A stretch of DNA of 64,000 nucleotides from Eledone cirrhosa (lineage: Eukaryota): assembly GCA_964016885.1 (NCBI GenBank), contig OZ024743.1:70742001-70806000 (forward strand). The letters run 5' to 3'. Under the pieces are notes generated by a model. The model saw nothing but the letters and a program-made list of their open reading frames with translations. It did not search any database and was not told where the DNA came from. Each line of letters begins with the position of its first letter. Position 1 is the stretch's first letter. Shown here one piece after another: positions 41,992 through 56,574 of the stretch. The position numbers and the translations under genes are program-made.

Positions 41992-42171
41992 GTGGATTGG
42001 CAGTATCGGTAGAGGGTCAGACGCCATGCTTTGCAGCAAAGAGTTACGGCCCTTTATGGTCTGAGTTCAAATCCCGCCGAGGTTAACTTTGCTTTTCATC
42101 CTTACGGGGTCGATAAAATAAAGTAATACACTGAGATAATTGCTGGCCTTGTGCCAATATTAGAAACAATT
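41992..42171 (+). mobile_element. SINE family A
   Basis: A and B boxes plus core. Confidence 0.9.
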
Positions 42172-42202
42172 ATCATTATAACACAATTACACGCACGCAC
42201 AT

Positions 42203-42242
<40 letters not shown>

Positions 42243-42497
42243 ATATAGTGTGTGTGTGTTTTTTTTTATTTGTCTCACTATCCACGTTTCTCTTTATATA
42301 TTGCAAGATAATACATGTTAATTTTCTTTGTTGTTGTTGATGATAATAATGAGTGACGGGTAGTGAGGGGATACTTTGAAAATCAACTTAGATTCTTTTC
42401 AAATATTACAAAAGCTTCTCCTTCACCGCCTTTTTGTTTTGTTTAACAGTCGGAATTTGTGTATGTTTATATGTTTGTGGGTCTGTGTATGTATGTT

Positions 42498-42539
<42 letters not shown>

Positions 42540-42589
42540 CACACACATATGTGTGTGTATATATGCATACATATGTTTGTTTGTGTATG

Positions 42590-42623
<34 letters not shown>

Positions 42624-42658
42624 CATACATATGTTTGTTTGTGTATGTATGTATGTAT

Positions 42659-42697
<39 letters not shown>

Positions 42698-43419
42698 CAT
42701 GTGTGTGTGAGTATATATGCATACATATGTTTGTTTGTATATATATATACTATGTGTGTGTGTATGTGTATTAGTAGGTAAAATAATACATAAATAGAAG
42801 GGAAATAGAGTTGAGGAGAGTCGGACAGTTTGAACGAGGTGTAAGATTAAACGAAGTAAACAAAAGGTGATAAAAGAAGAAAGATGACACGTGGTGACAA
42901 AATATATGTACAAAGACGTGAAAAGAAATGTGTACAATGAAAATGTACATATTGAATGAATAGAAAAGAAAGGAACTGACGTTTCGGCTTTAACCCTTTA
43001 TCGAAATAGAGTGAAAGAACGAAAGGAATAAAAATGACAAGAAAAGTTTTAGAATGATACTAAGTTGTTGTTTTTTTTTGTTTTTTTAAAGGCCTGTCTT
43101 CAACGATCGTCCTGCTAGAAATAACACCCAAAACTCCCCCAAAATACAATGTGTTGTCCTTATATAAACAGCGAACATATTGAATAGTTTAATCTGAGAA
43201 AAGTTACATTTGAAAAGAGGAGATAGTCACGGCTAGTGTCTTTGATTATAGAACCGTTCACTCAAGGATAATCTGGGACTTTTTAAGACAACAACAAAAA
43301 GATCTCAAGTATTTCTTTAAAGTATTAATATATATTAAATACACAACACATTGTTTTATAGACGTAATAAGTCATATTCGGTTTCGTCACCAAACTGTTA
43401 TAAAGTTTGTGGATTATAC

Positions 43420-44505
43420 ACACTCTCTCTCTCACACACACTCCCTCTCTCTCACACACACTCCCTCTCTCTCACACACACTCCCTCTCTCTCACTCACT
43501 CTCTCTCTCTCACACACTCTCTCACACACACACTCCCTCTCACACACACACTCTCTCTCACACACACACTCTCTCTCACACACTCCCTCTCTCTCACTCA
43601 CTCTCTCTCACACACACTCTCTCTCACACACACTCCCTCTCTCTCACTCACTCTCTCTCACTCACTCTCTCTCTCTCACACACTCTCTCTCTCACACTCC
43701 CTATCTCTCACTCACTCTCTCTCACACACACTCCCTCTCTCTCACTCTCTCTCACACACTCTCTCACTCTTTCTCTCACACTCTCTCTCTCTCTCACACA
43801 CTCTCTCTCTCACACACACTCTCACACACACTCCCTCTCTCTCACTCACTCTCTCTCTCTCTCACACACACTCCCTCTCTCACTCAATCTCTCACTCACT
43901 CTCTCACTCTCTCTCTCACACACACTCTCTCTCACACACACTCCCTCTCTCTCACTCTCTCTCTCACACACTATCTCTCTCTCTCACACACTCCCTCTCT
44001 CTCACACACTCTCTCACACACTCTCTCTCTCACTCTCTCTCTCACACACTCTCTCTCACACACACTCCCTCTCTCTCACACACTCCCTCTCTCTCACGCA
44101 CTCTCACACACACTCTCTCACACACTCTCTCTCTCACTCTCTCTCACACACACTCTCTCTCTCTCTCACACTCTCTCTCACACACTCTCTCTCACACTCT
44201 CTCTCTCACACTCTCTCTCACACTCTCTCACACACTCTCTCTCTCACACACTCTCACACACACACTCTGTCACACACTCCCTCTCTCACACACACACACA
44301 CACTCTCTCTGTCACACACTCTCTCTGTCACACACTCTCTCTCTCACACACTTTCTCTCTCACACACTCTCTCTCTCTCATACTCTCCCTCTCTCTCTCT
44401 CACACACCCTCTCTCTCTCGCACACACTCTCCCTATCACTCTCGCACACACTCTTTCTCTCTCTCACACCCTCTCACTCTCATACACACACACACACACA
44501 CACAT
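43420..44505. repeat. Compound (CT)n(CA)n microsatellite
   Basis: Direct inspection. Confidence 0.95.
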
Positions 44506-44863
44506 ATATATAGTCTCTCTCTCTGTATGCATATATATATATATATATACGTATTTTTTACATCTTTATCATCTTCATTCTAACTTCTTTAGTTTATTAT
44601 CTTTTATTATTGATGTTATTGTTTTGATTCTCTTGTATCAATATACCAATGCCACATGTAAAACCTCCAGCATTCCGATGATCTAATCAGAGGTAAACAC
44701 TGTATATAAGGTCGAGTGACGCAACTTCGAGTGATTAACGGCCTTTAGACTCACCTGATCAACGAAACAAGTGTTAATACTTGAAATAAAACCTTTTTGT
44801 ACAGCCGACCATGTTATTCTTCAATCTTTCACTATTATATATATATATATATATATATATAAT

Positions 44864-45049
44864 AATTGTTTCTACTTTTGGCACAAGGCTAGCAATTACC
44901 CAGTGCATTACTGGTACTTTATTTTATCGACCCCGTAAGGATGAAAGGCAAAGTTAACCTCGGCGGGATTTGAACTCAGAATGGAAAGGGGCGTAACTCT
45001 ATGCGTCAAAGCATGGCGTCCGACCTTCTACTGATGCTGCCAATCCACC
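44864..45049 (-). mobile_element. SINE family A
   Basis: Matches 2168-2352. Confidence 0.92.
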
Positions 45050-45216
45050 ATAGAATAATGAAATACAAAGTAGTTTAGATGTTAAAATTCCTTTATTGAA
45101 AAGGCCGTTATATATAGACAACAGAGGCCACGTAATTCTGTGTTAAGTCCAATGCCATGATCTTATCGGACTAAGTACGTTGAGTTCTTGAATGGAATTG
45201 CATCAATATTTTATTG

Positions 45217-45245
<29 letters not shown>

Positions 45246-45252
<7 letters not shown>

Positions 45253-45490
45253 AAAATTGAACGGGAACAAAACAGAGAGGCAGTACGAACAAAGGTTTAT
45301 TAATTTCACGCTCTTGAGAGTGGGGTGGTGGTGGGAACGACGTTTCGGGCATAAGCCCTTCTTCAGGTGAAAAGTGTGTGGGAAGAGAGTTCAAAGGGTG
45401 TGTAGGGGAGTGGTGGAGAGACATATAGCAAAAAGGGGGTGAGAGGAAACGGTGCAAATGAAATTAAAAATAAAGGCATGATCAAAATAA
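45246..45490 (-). mobile_element. Penelope-like 3' remnant with hammerhead (same family as 4137-4262)
   Basis: Homology over ~125 bp; (TA)n on both sides. Confidence 0.6.
45337..45368 (-). ncRNA. Minimal type-I hammerhead ribozyme motif
   Basis: CTGAAGA-A-GGGC-TTAT-GCCC-GAAA-CG-TC: perfect stem II, ACGT palindromic stem III, GUC site; stem I short. Confidence 0.7.
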
Positions 45491-45529
45491 ATAAATATAT
45501 ATATATATATATATGTTTAATACATTAAC

Positions 45530-46030
45530 AGAGAAAGCTTTAAGCAATACTCCGACCGACTTCCGTCTCGCTCAACAAACATTAGGATATACCTTAGTAT
45601 AATCCCAATTATACGTTTGGTGTGCTAACTATACGTATTTTGCGGATAGCCAGTTGTATTATTTTATATGAGACATAATTAAATACATCCCTCCTTCCAA
45701 ACGATCGTTTCATTATAAGTTTTCTACAAGTTGGGAAAATAATGTCCAGGTTATGTAGAAGCCTACACATAGTCTATAGGAATATATTCAGGTGGGCACT
45801 TATAAATCACCAGTGGATGCCCAACGACATCGATATAAAAAAAAACCTACCGATATTAATATTCAGCGATGGTACTCGTCAGTGTTAGAGCGACCGCCAA
45901 ATTTGAAATTCCAGCAGTCTCACAAAGAGAAATCTCACACCGACACCAAGCGGGAAGGGGAGGTCATCGCAAAACATAAAAGGATAAAATAATATGCACG
46001 CAGGTCAATTAATTCTGTCAAGAATTTTAA
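45530..46030. repeat. Unclassified interspersed repeat
   Basis: Homologous to 39308-39980 and 19695-19850. Confidence 0.7.
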
Positions 46031-46053
46031 CCATGCGTGAAGAACTCAATTGG

Positions 46054-46109
<56 letters not shown>

Positions 46110-46445
46110 CAGTAGGTATACGACGGTTAAGAGGAGTGATAGAGGAAGTGAGAAAGAGATATTAGATGAAGAATCGACCTCACTATGTAACTGGTACTTA
46201 AATGACAGGCAACGTTAACTTCGGTGGGATTTGAATTCAGAGGACAGAGAACCAAAACGAACACCACCAAACATTCTCTCCTACGTTCTAACGACTCCAC
46301 CATTCCACTGCCTCAAGTATTATGATAATATAGATTATTACTGTAATTGAAATTATCAAGCAGTTCCATTCTGTATGGAATGAATAATCTACCTATTTTC
46401 CATCAGAAAGCATAGTTTCCACGTAAAGCAAACATAGTCACACGC

Positions 46446-46537
<92 letters not shown>

Positions 46538-46757
46538 TTGCATGTACACGCATATACAGTATCTCATACACGCACACACATGCAATTACATGTACACGCA
46601 TATACAGTATCTCACACATGTACACGCATACACATCTACAATATCACACACACATAAACAGATACTCACATCTACAGTATCACACATGTACACTATCACA
46701 TACACATACAATCACACACACAAAGTTAGACATACACATGCACCCACACCTACAGTA

Positions 46758-46822
<65 letters not shown>

Positions 46823-47038
46823 TACGCACACGCATCTGCTCTCTCTTTCTCTTTCTCTTTCTCTTTCTCTTTCTCCCTCTCTCTCTCTCTCTCACACAAA
46901 CACGCACACACACGCACACACACCAATATCTACATACATACACATTTTACATAGTCACACAGACATCTACAGTCACACATCCACAAACACACATCTGCAG
47001 ACACACACACATACATCCACACGATCACATACCAATAC

Positions 47039-47096
<58 letters not shown>

Positions 47097-47257
47097 ACCT
47101 CACACACACACCACCCACCTCACACACACACACGAGAAAGACAGACGGCCAGAGAGAGAGAAAGACATGTATAGTATTAAACGTTAGCAGCGTGCAGCTG
47201 TTTATCAGCTGCACTCGATCATGCAGTATATTGCATTTTCACAGCAGATTACATGTG

Positions 47258-49290
47258 TCACCACCATCATCATCTTTACCACCACCACCAGCACCATCAT
47301 CATCATCTTTACCACCACCACCACCACCATCAGCATCTTAACCACCACCATCATCATCATATTTACCACCACCACCACCACCACCACCATCATCTTTATC
47401 ACCACCACCATCAGCATCTTTACCACCACCACCACCATCAGCATCTTTACCACCACCACCACCATCAGCATCTTTACCACCACCACCATCAGCATCTTTA
47501 CCACCACCACCATCATATTTACCACCACCACCACCATCATCTTTACCACCACCACCACCACCACCACCACCACCATCATCATCTTTATCACCACCTCCAT
47601 CAGCATCTTTACCGCCACCACCACCATCATCTTTACCACCACCACCATCATCTTAACCACCATTATCATCACCACCACCACTATCACCACCATTATCATC
47701 ACCAAATTCACCATCACTAGTCATCGTCATCATCACCACCACCACAACCATCATCATCGGTATCACCATACCATTAGGCTACCACCATTAACACCCTCAC
47801 CATCATCGTTACCCCAATAACAATCATCATATATTATCGTCCTCACCATCATGAGGAACGTTGCCATCACCCCACTATTATCAATGCCATCACCACCACA
47901 CCACCCCACCACCACCACACCACCACCACACCACCACATCACCACCACATCACCACCACACCACCACCACCACATCACCACCACATCACCACCACACCAC
48001 ACCACACATCACCACCACACCACACCACCACCACACCACCACACCACCACCACCACACCACCACCACCACATCACCACCACATCACCACCACACCACCAC
48101 CACACATCACCACCACACCACACCACCACCACACCACCACACCACCACCACCACACCACCACCACCACATCACCACCACACCACCACCACACATCACCAC
48201 CACACCACCCCACCACCACCACACCACCACCACCACACCACCACCACCACCACCACCACCACACCCACCACCACACCACCACCACACCACCACCACCACC
48301 ACCACCACCACCACCACCACCACCCCACCACCACACCACCACAGCACCACCACACCACCACCACACATCACCACCACACCACCCCACCACCACCACCACA
48401 CCACCACCACACACACCACCACCACCACACCACCACCACACACCACCACACCACCACCACACCACCACCACACCACCACCACACCACCACCACACATCAC
48501 CACCACACCACCACCACCACACCACCACCACCACACCACCACACCACCACCACACCACCACCACCACACCACCACCACACCACCCCACCACCACACCACA
48601 CCACCACCACCACATCACCACCACATCACCACCACATCACCACCACACCACCACCACACATCACCACCACCCCACCCCACCACACCACCACCACCACCAC
48701 ACCACCACCACCACACCACCACATCACCACCACATCACCACCACACCACCACCACACATCACCACCACACCACCCCACCACACCACCACCACCACCACCA
48801 CACCACCACCACCACACCACCACCACACCACCACATCACCACCACAGCACACCACCACCACACCACCACCACCACACCACATCACCACCACATCACCACC
48901 ACATCACCACCACACCACCACCACACATCACCACCACACCACCCCACCACACCACCACCACCACCACCACACCACCACCACCACACCACCACATCACCAC
49001 CACATCACCACCACACCACCACCACACATCACCACCACCCCACCACACCACCACCACCACCACCACACCACCACCACCACACCACCACCACACCACCACA
49101 TCACCACCACAGCACACCACCACCACCACACCACATCACCACCACATCACCACCACATCACCACCACATCACCACCACATCACCACCACACCACCACCAC
49201 ACATCACCACCACACCACACCACCACCACAGCACACCACCACCGATACCACCACAACCATTACACCGACACCACCGACACCCCACCATCA
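47258..49290. repeat. (ACC/ATC)n and ACACC degenerate satellite
   Basis: Direct inspection; gives His/Thr/Pro artefact ORFs. Confidence 0.93.
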
Positions 49291-49560
49291 ATCAACCAAT
49301 ACTATAATAAAATTCTCAAAGACAACAGAAGATGCCATCTCCTTAGAATTCCTGACATATCTCTTTAGAAATACATCTTCTCTCTCCCTCTCTCTGTAAT
49401 TTGTCTTTCTCCTTCTCTCTCTTTTCCTTTAGTCTATATAAGACCCCCCCCCCCCTCTCTTTCTTCTCACTCAAAGAGATTTAAATACAGCTGGGGTTGA
49501 CTTTGTCTTTAATTCCTCCAGTGTTTGTAACAGATATAGCAACTACAAAGCACTCGCACA

Positions 49561-49610
<50 letters not shown>

Positions 49611-49611
<1 letters not shown>

Positions 49612-49985
49612 AAGGATGAAAGGCAGAGTTGACCTCGACGGGCGGGATTTGAACTCAGAACGTAAAGAGCCGGATCAGATCTTGCGAGTCATATTGTCCG
49701 GCACTCTGTCGATTCTGCCAATCCGTTGCCCTATATGAATTTATATTAGAAAATATAGAGGAAAATATGGTGTAGGGAGGTTTGGCAGAACAGGTAGAGC
49801 GTCGGGGAAAATGGTTTGCAGTATTTATTTATGGCCCTTTACGAGTTCAAGTCCGGCCAGGATTAGCTTTATCTTTCATCCTTTCGGGGTCGATAAAATA
49901 AAGTACCAGTCACGCACTGAAGTCGGTTTAGTATATTTCCCCACATCATTTCAAATTGCTGTCCTTGTATCAAATGTAGAATCAA
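49611..49985. mobile_element. Two divergent, oppositely oriented SINE A relatives (49611-49730 minus; 49775-49985 plus)
   Basis: GGATTTGAACTCAGAACGTAAAG; CTTTCATCCTTTCGGGGTCGATAAAATAAAGTACCAG. Confidence 0.75.
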
Positions 49986-50592
49986 TTCTTAAGAAGGTAG
50001 CAGTATTAACAGTGACGGGGTCTGGCTATTTAGTGTACTAACCTAGTTCTACAAGGAATAACCAATTAAAATAATTTCAACAGTTTGGCAATCTGACGAA
50101 CCTAGTTTTTGACATTTCTTGCTATGACCGCACCAACAAAATTGCTAAGCCTGCATTTTTCATTACACAATCTACACAAGCTCTGACCAAATCATGCGAC
50201 AGCTTATAACACCATACGGTTCCCTCCGCTGCAGTGGATATTTCCACAACGCTGTTGTGCAGTAAAGATATTTAAGGATTTATTCACTGATCGCAAGAAA
50301 TTATTATATATTTAATTATCTACGCACGAAACTGTAAGTCATACAGCGTTTCTTGGTATATTTTATACTTAGCGGAGCCCATTTCCTCTTTAAATCTGAA
50401 CACAGACGATTTCTTCAGGGTTGAAAAAGAGATATGGAGGAAGAATCAACCTTAGTACTGGTACTTTTTATCGCCCTCAAAAGGACGAAAGTCAATGATT
50501 ACCTCGCCGCAATTTCAACTCTGAACACACACCATCTTTGACGTTCTAACGACTCTGCCAATTCGCCACCTATTATTTAGATTATATAATTC

Positions 50593-50880
50593 AGGCGAGG
50601 TTAGCTTTGCCTTTCATCCTTACAGACAGGGCCGTCTTAACAGCATTATAGCCCCCCCCCCCCCCCCGGGCAAAGCAGAGCACTGGGGCCCCTACCTACA
50701 CAACCACTCACAGGAATAAAAATACAAATGGGCCCCCTATTCTCGTGGGGCCCCCGGGCAACTGCCCAGCGTGCCCTGCTTACAGGTTCGATAAAATAAA
50801 GTACCAGTAATCCACTGGGATCGATTTAGTCGATTTTCCTCTCCCCCAAAATTGTTGGTCTTGTGACTATAGTAGACACC
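50593..50880 (+). mobile_element. SINE A relative split by a MITE
   Basis: Core GCCTTTCATCCTTAC | GGTTCGATAAAATAAAGTACCAG is interrupted. Confidence 0.75.
50627..50778. mobile_element. hAT-type MITE (internally deleted)
   Basis: Ends CAGGGC / GCCCTG; 8-bp TSD CTTACAGA / CTTACAGG. Confidence 0.8.
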
Positions 50881-51598
50881 ATTATTTAAATTATACAAAT
50901 GTGTATAAAACTGATTCTTTAAAGTTCAGTAATGCACCTAAACTGATGTTTGCGTCCAAGGAAGCTGCCCATTTGGCTTCAATTAGATGATAGCGCCGAG
51001 CCTGGATATTAGTAAGAAAGAGAATCAATACCCAATAATATAACGTTTATAATAGATTTGAAAAACCCTTGATAGCTCTAAACTTAGTAGTAACTGTTTA
51101 TGATACATATTTTAAAATATTTCAAAGACATTGTAGATAAATTTCTTATAAAAGAGACATTTCAGAAAACTACGGGTAGATAGTCAATAGTTTGTCTCGT
51201 TAAATAACAGTGAAAATAAATATTTAAATAGACAAGCAATCTCCATTTTAAATATTCATAGTATTGCTTCAGAGTATGGAAACCAGTACTATGAATATTT
51301 AGATTAAATTGAGGTCATAAATATATATAAACCAACACACACGCACTCGCGCACGCACGCACACATACACACACACACACACATATACAGGCATATATAA
51401 ATTCATAAATGCTTAATACACTCGTGCATACTCATACATACATACACACTTACATATATAAATTCGTACATACGTAATATATACCCATACGAACATACAT
51501 AATGGGATCTTAGACTCTAGTCCAAGTAAAACCACTTTCTCATCGCAGATATCAGCCTGAATCTGACGTTAGACATTTCTGCCATTATAACCTATAGT

Positions 51599-51777
51599 TG
51601 GCAGTATCGGTAGAGGGTCGGACGCCATGCTTTGAAGCATAGAGTTGCGTCCCTTTATTATCTGAGTTCAAATCTCGCCGAGGTTAACTTTGCCTTTCAT
51701 CCTTACGGGGTCGATAAAATAAAGTACCAGTAATGTACTGGGTAATTGCTGGCCTTGTGCCGGATGTAGAAACAATT
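51599..51777 (+). mobile_element. SINE family A with 15-bp TSD
   Basis: ATTATAACCTATAGT at 51584-51598 and 51775-51789. Confidence 0.93.
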
Positions 51778-51904
51778 ATAACCTATAGTCATAACTACTG
51801 AGCTCCGATTTTGATTTTAATTTTTCTATAGCAAATGTAGCCTGGACTTTGAACAGTCACACTGCCAACAGGGGCTGCATCCCTGTGCATTCGAAGCCCA
51901 GTTG

Positions 51905-52327
51905 TACACGACCGAGAGTACACGTCTTCCCCTGGATAGGATGCCTGTCTTTCGCAGGTTAACTCCAGTTGTTACTGATAAAATTACAAGTCAGTCAATC
52001 ATATTGGTGGCCTCCCCACAGCCCCGGCGGACAGAATAGAGAAAGCGTTTCCCCGGAGGACGGCAAGGAAGACGTGCTGAAAAAGCCACTCCAACTGGCG
52101 GGGCTCACACCTGCCGCTGGCATACGTACCATACATTAGAAGAATAGAGACTTGTTTAAAATCAGAAGAGTTGACTAGAGTTGTTACCTGTACACATGTT
52201 AAACTGAATTGACTGGTGTAACGGAAATTAAATGTTTCGCACAGAAACACAACGTACTATCGTATCAAGGAATCGAACCTATGATATTATGAACACAAGA
52301 TCAACACCCTAACCACTAAGCCACGCC
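51905..52327 (-). mobile_element. Decayed SINE family B interrupted by a CRE fragment
   Basis: SINE B blocks at 51905-51980 and 52187-52327. Confidence 0.6.
51999..52120 (-). mobile_element. CRE-clade 3' fragment
   Basis: EPRQLEWLFQHVFLAVLRGNAFSILSAG; homologous to 23690-23790. Confidence 0.75.
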
Positions 52328-52351
52328 AGGAATGCAGCAACCAAGAATGCA

Positions 52352-52645
<294 letters not shown>

Positions 52646-52786
52646 ATATATATATGATTAAAGGTTAAACAAGGTTCAATGAATAAAGTTTCACAATGGA
52701 TTAGAAGCACTCCACAGTGAGGGTTTCTGGAGTTATTAATATTACTTCAAAATATTAATAAATATAGACATTCATGTGATCAAATA

Positions 52787-52852
52787 TATTTTATTATACA
52801 TATTTCAGAGGTACTGAGCTATTTAAACAGTACGTCCTCATCAGATAAAATA
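52787..52852 (-). ncRNA. Type-I hammerhead ribozyme (left arm)
   Basis: Reverse complement of 52990-53055. Confidence 0.82.
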
Positions 52853-52989
52853 AGTTGATGCTTGACATACCTTGACTATGTTGATGGTTATAATTCAGTC
52901 ATGGCAGTGAATTAGTTTTGTCATAACTAATTCACTGCCATGACTGAATTATAACCATCAACATAGTCAAGGTATGTCAAGCATCAACT

Positions 52990-53055
52990 TATTTTATCTG
53001 ATGAGGACGTACTGTTTAAATAGCTCAGTACCTCTGAAATATGTATAATAAAATA
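52990..53055 (+). ncRNA. Type-I hammerhead ribozyme (right arm)
   Basis: Stem [17 protein letters not shown]; CTGATGA; stem II GGA.GTACTG/CAGTAC.TCT; GAAA-TATGTA-TA. Confidence 0.82.
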
Positions 53056-53101
53056 TATTTGATCACATGAATGTCTATATTTATTAATATTTTGAAGTAA
53101 T

Positions 53102-53159
<58 letters not shown>

Positions 53160-53246
53160 GGTTTACTGTTGTGTAACCACTTCTACCTAACTCGTCCCAT
53201 GGACTGAGTGCTCTACCATTACGGATATTACCTTCCAGTGTTCTAC

Positions 53247-53301
<55 letters not shown>

Positions 53302-53374
53302 CATAGAATGCAATTGTGTCTAAAGACCCAGTCTTCGGTTGACATATTTATTTAATGCAACATGGCTTAACTAT

Positions 53375-53563
53375 AATTGTTCCTACTTTTGGCACAAGGC
53401 CAGCAATTATACCAGTGCATTACTGGTACTTTATTTTATCGACCCCGTAAAGGTGAAAGGCAAAGTTAACCTCGGCGGGATTTGAACTCAGACTATAAAG
53501 GGCCGTAACTCTTTGCTGCAAAGCATGGAGTCCGACCCTCTACCGATACTGCCAATCCACTGC
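53375..53563 (-). mobile_element. SINE family A with 12-bp TSD
   Basis: CTTAACTATAAT on both sides. Confidence 0.92.
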
Positions 53564-53759
53564 CCTTAACTATAATGAAATGTAGACCCACTAAGGATTA
53601 GTCAGCGATATTTCCGGCAATATAGTACAAGTTAATCCAAAGACAAGGTTTTCGGTAACATAATTAGTTTTATGCTGCGAAACCTAACCAATACTCATCA
53701 CTTCATCCCTCAACTCCCTAACTACTCCCATCTCCTGCTGTGCCTCCTCTATCTCTCTT

Positions 53760-53893
53760 TCACTCACACACCAACATACACACACATTCCCCGACACACA
53801 CTCATACACACACCGACACACACACTCACCGACACACATACACACACCAACATACACACACACTCACCGACACACATACACACACACACACCG

Positions 53894-53969
<76 letters not shown>

Positions 53970-54605
53970 TCATGCTATTTCAATCACCCTCATGCACTTA
54001 CTCTCTCTATTTCAGCCACTCATTCTCACTCTCCGTCTCTTTCATTCCCTTACTCTCCCGCCATCTCAGCCACTCATTCACAAACTCTCTCTCTCTCTCT
54101 TAACACTTACTCATTCACTTAATCACCTCTTCTTCCCCCTCTCCCGTCATCTCAGCACTCCCACTCTCTCCTCTTATTCCTCTCCTTCACTCACCTCTTC
54201 TCTCCCGTCACCCCCCCCCCCAGTCGCTCACCCCCCCCTCATTCCTTCACTCCCCCCCCCCTCTCCTGTCACGATGACTCACATCACCAATCAAGAAAGA
54301 AGAGACGTTACAGTTCACTTTAATATATATATATTGCAGCCCCTCCTACACTTTGATTGGTTGGCTTAAACGACAGACAGAGAGAAAGAGAGAGTGAGTA
54401 TGTATGGGAGAGACAGAGAAAGGGAGTGTGAGGGAGGGAGAGCAGGGAGTAAGGGAGATATTCCATATTTATCTCTAGTAATTGTAGTTTTGGGACTTGT
54501 TGCTCTTCGTGTTTTTTACTCCAGTTCTTCACTACTACTATTGCTACTACTACTACTATTGTTACTGCTGCTGTTGTTGCTGTTGATTTTTGCTCTAGTT
54601 ATTCA

Positions 54606-54637
<32 letters not shown>

Positions 54638-55182
54638 ACTATACTATTATTACCACCACCACTACTACTATTACTACCACCACCACTACTACTATTACTA
54701 CCACCACCACTACTACTATTACTACCACCACCACTACCACTATTACTACTACTACTACTATTGCTACTACTACTACTAGCGCTGCTACTGCTACTACTAC
54801 TATTTATGTTTTGTCACCAGCCTCTCGCCGTTTCTTAAATATCCTCTCTACTATTTATCCCCTCTCACTTTCTCCACTTAATCACAAACCTCACTTTTCT
54901 CTCTCTATCTATCTCTCCACACTTTCTCTCCCTCCTCTCTCTATCACTCCACTCTCTCCCTCCTCTCACTGTCTCTCTTTTCTCCCCCTCTTCTCACTGT
55001 CCTACCACTCTCTATACCTCACTTTTCTCTTCCTCCTCTCACTCTCCCTCCACTTTCTCTAACTCTTTTCTCTTATTATGTCTCACCACTCTCTCTCTCT
55101 TTACATCTCTCTATCACTCACCTTCCCTTTCTCACCCTCTCTTTCCTTTCCTCTCTGATTCTTCTCTCTCTCTCTCTCTTTC

Positions 55183-55220
<38 letters not shown>

Positions 55221-55280
55221 CTCTATCTCTCTATCTATCTCTCTCTCACTCGTCTCTCTCTATCTATCTCTCTCTCTCAC
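53760..55280. repeat. (CA)n, (ACT/ACC)n and (CT)n low-complexity tracts
   Basis: Direct inspection. Confidence 0.85.
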
Positions 55281-55611
55281 CTATATCCATGACCCTGTAC
55301 TTATACCACCGCCTCTCTTTTCTATATTGAAGTAGTAATGGTGGTAGTTGCAGCAGGGCTACAGTATGGCCAAATGGTTGACTTCACAATTATAAGTTGT
55401 ACACGTGTCTTTGTAACGCTCAGTCACCCACCAGCAGGCTGCTCCGTTTATCACACAGCTGGAATATTTATCCATGAAACTGACAGAAGATCCATCGAGT
55501 GGTAGTAGTGGTGGTGGTGTTATTTGATTCATAGACATCGCTTCTAACTCCTTACAAACTTTCGGGGCCCAAATAATAAGCGGGAAGGAGGTGTCGGTAA
55601 TTTTTCTCCGT

Positions 55612-55649
<38 letters not shown>

Positions 55650-56104
55650 CAGAATTAGTCGTTTAGTTTATATATTGAGACCCCCAACCCATCCTATTTA
55701 TTTATAACAAATGGGATTTCTAGTAATGTACTTTTTTGTCATTCATAATGTATAAATTAAATTAAAATTAAATTTTGCCGGAGATTAGTAAACTTTAATA
55801 AGCGGGGATGGGGGTGGAATAATGAACCGGTGGAGGAGGTGGGCAATTATTCGAGACTCGCGATTACGAATAAATAACAAAAATGTGACGTTACAAAAGG
55901 CCTCCATTGGCTGGTTGAAATCACGTGATGAAACACTAATTCTGCCATTTTTGACCCACGGAACGGTAAGAAGAGATCCTGTAGGTTGTTTCCATTTAAT
56001 GTAGGTGATATTGGAGCCATCAGATGAAACGTGATGGGAGAAGGGAGTTGAATTGTTCTTGCACTAAAAGTAGTGTTTATATTGGTTAAATCCGCTCTTA
56101 AAAT

Positions 56105-56292
56105 CACTGCAGTGGAGAAATCTGGTGTCCTTGACCCTAGGACCACCTCCCTACTTATCACCACCGGCACGGCGAGCTGGAAACGTTCTTCCAATGCATC
56201 TCCCTCACCATCCGCCAGGAAACGCCTTCTCTATTCTGTCCGCCGGGGCGGCGTGCTGCCAGCACGTGGGCCCCCATTTGCTTATGATAGTG
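56105..56292 (+). mobile_element. CRE-clade 3' fragment
   Basis: AVEKSGVLDPR..GNAFSILSAG; homologous to 23615-23820. Confidence 0.75.
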
Positions 56293-56574
56293 CAAGGTTG
56301 GGAAAGAGAGAGAGAGAGTCGGAAGAAGTGAGTGAGAAAAAGAGAACATAACGCACACACGCACTTGATAAGACATTCAAATTTAAAGAACATTAACTAT
56401 CTGGCATGTATAGTTCCTCTAGATACCACTAGGGGGTGTGAAGGTGGGTCTATATGTTAAGGGAGTTGTTTGTTTGGAAAGTATCGTTTAATTTGGGACA
56501 AGGAATATCTCGCCTTGTCTATAGGTCGGTTTGAATCTATCAGTACAGTCTAGTTCTAACTACATCTAAATAAA

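Larger units (their letters stand above)
52655..53103 (-). mobile_element. Non-coding Penelope-like fold-back: 179-bp perfect arms plus unpaired tail
   Basis: 52739-52917 is the reverse complement of 52925-53103, 7-nt loop; tail 52655-52738 resembles PLE tail 19041-19130. Confidence 0.8.

Noticed and set aside
41992-42080. tRNA gene
   Set aside because: A and B boxes belong to SINE heads; no cloverleaf or acceptor stem, and the SINE body follows
42972-43005. Hammerhead-like motif on minus strand (..GCCGAAACGTC)
   Set aside because: CTGATGA box degenerate (TCGATAA)
43351-44686. 370-425 aa S/L/T/H ORFs
   Set aside because: Translation of the (CT)/(CA) compound microsatellite
44750-44775. CTGATCAACGAAAC hammerhead-like
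   Set aside because: Non-consensus core and no stem II
47221-49399. His-, Thr- and Pro-rich ORFs resembling histidine-rich or mucin proteins
   Set aside because: Open in several frames on both strands; simple ACC/ATC repeats with no signal peptide or splice context
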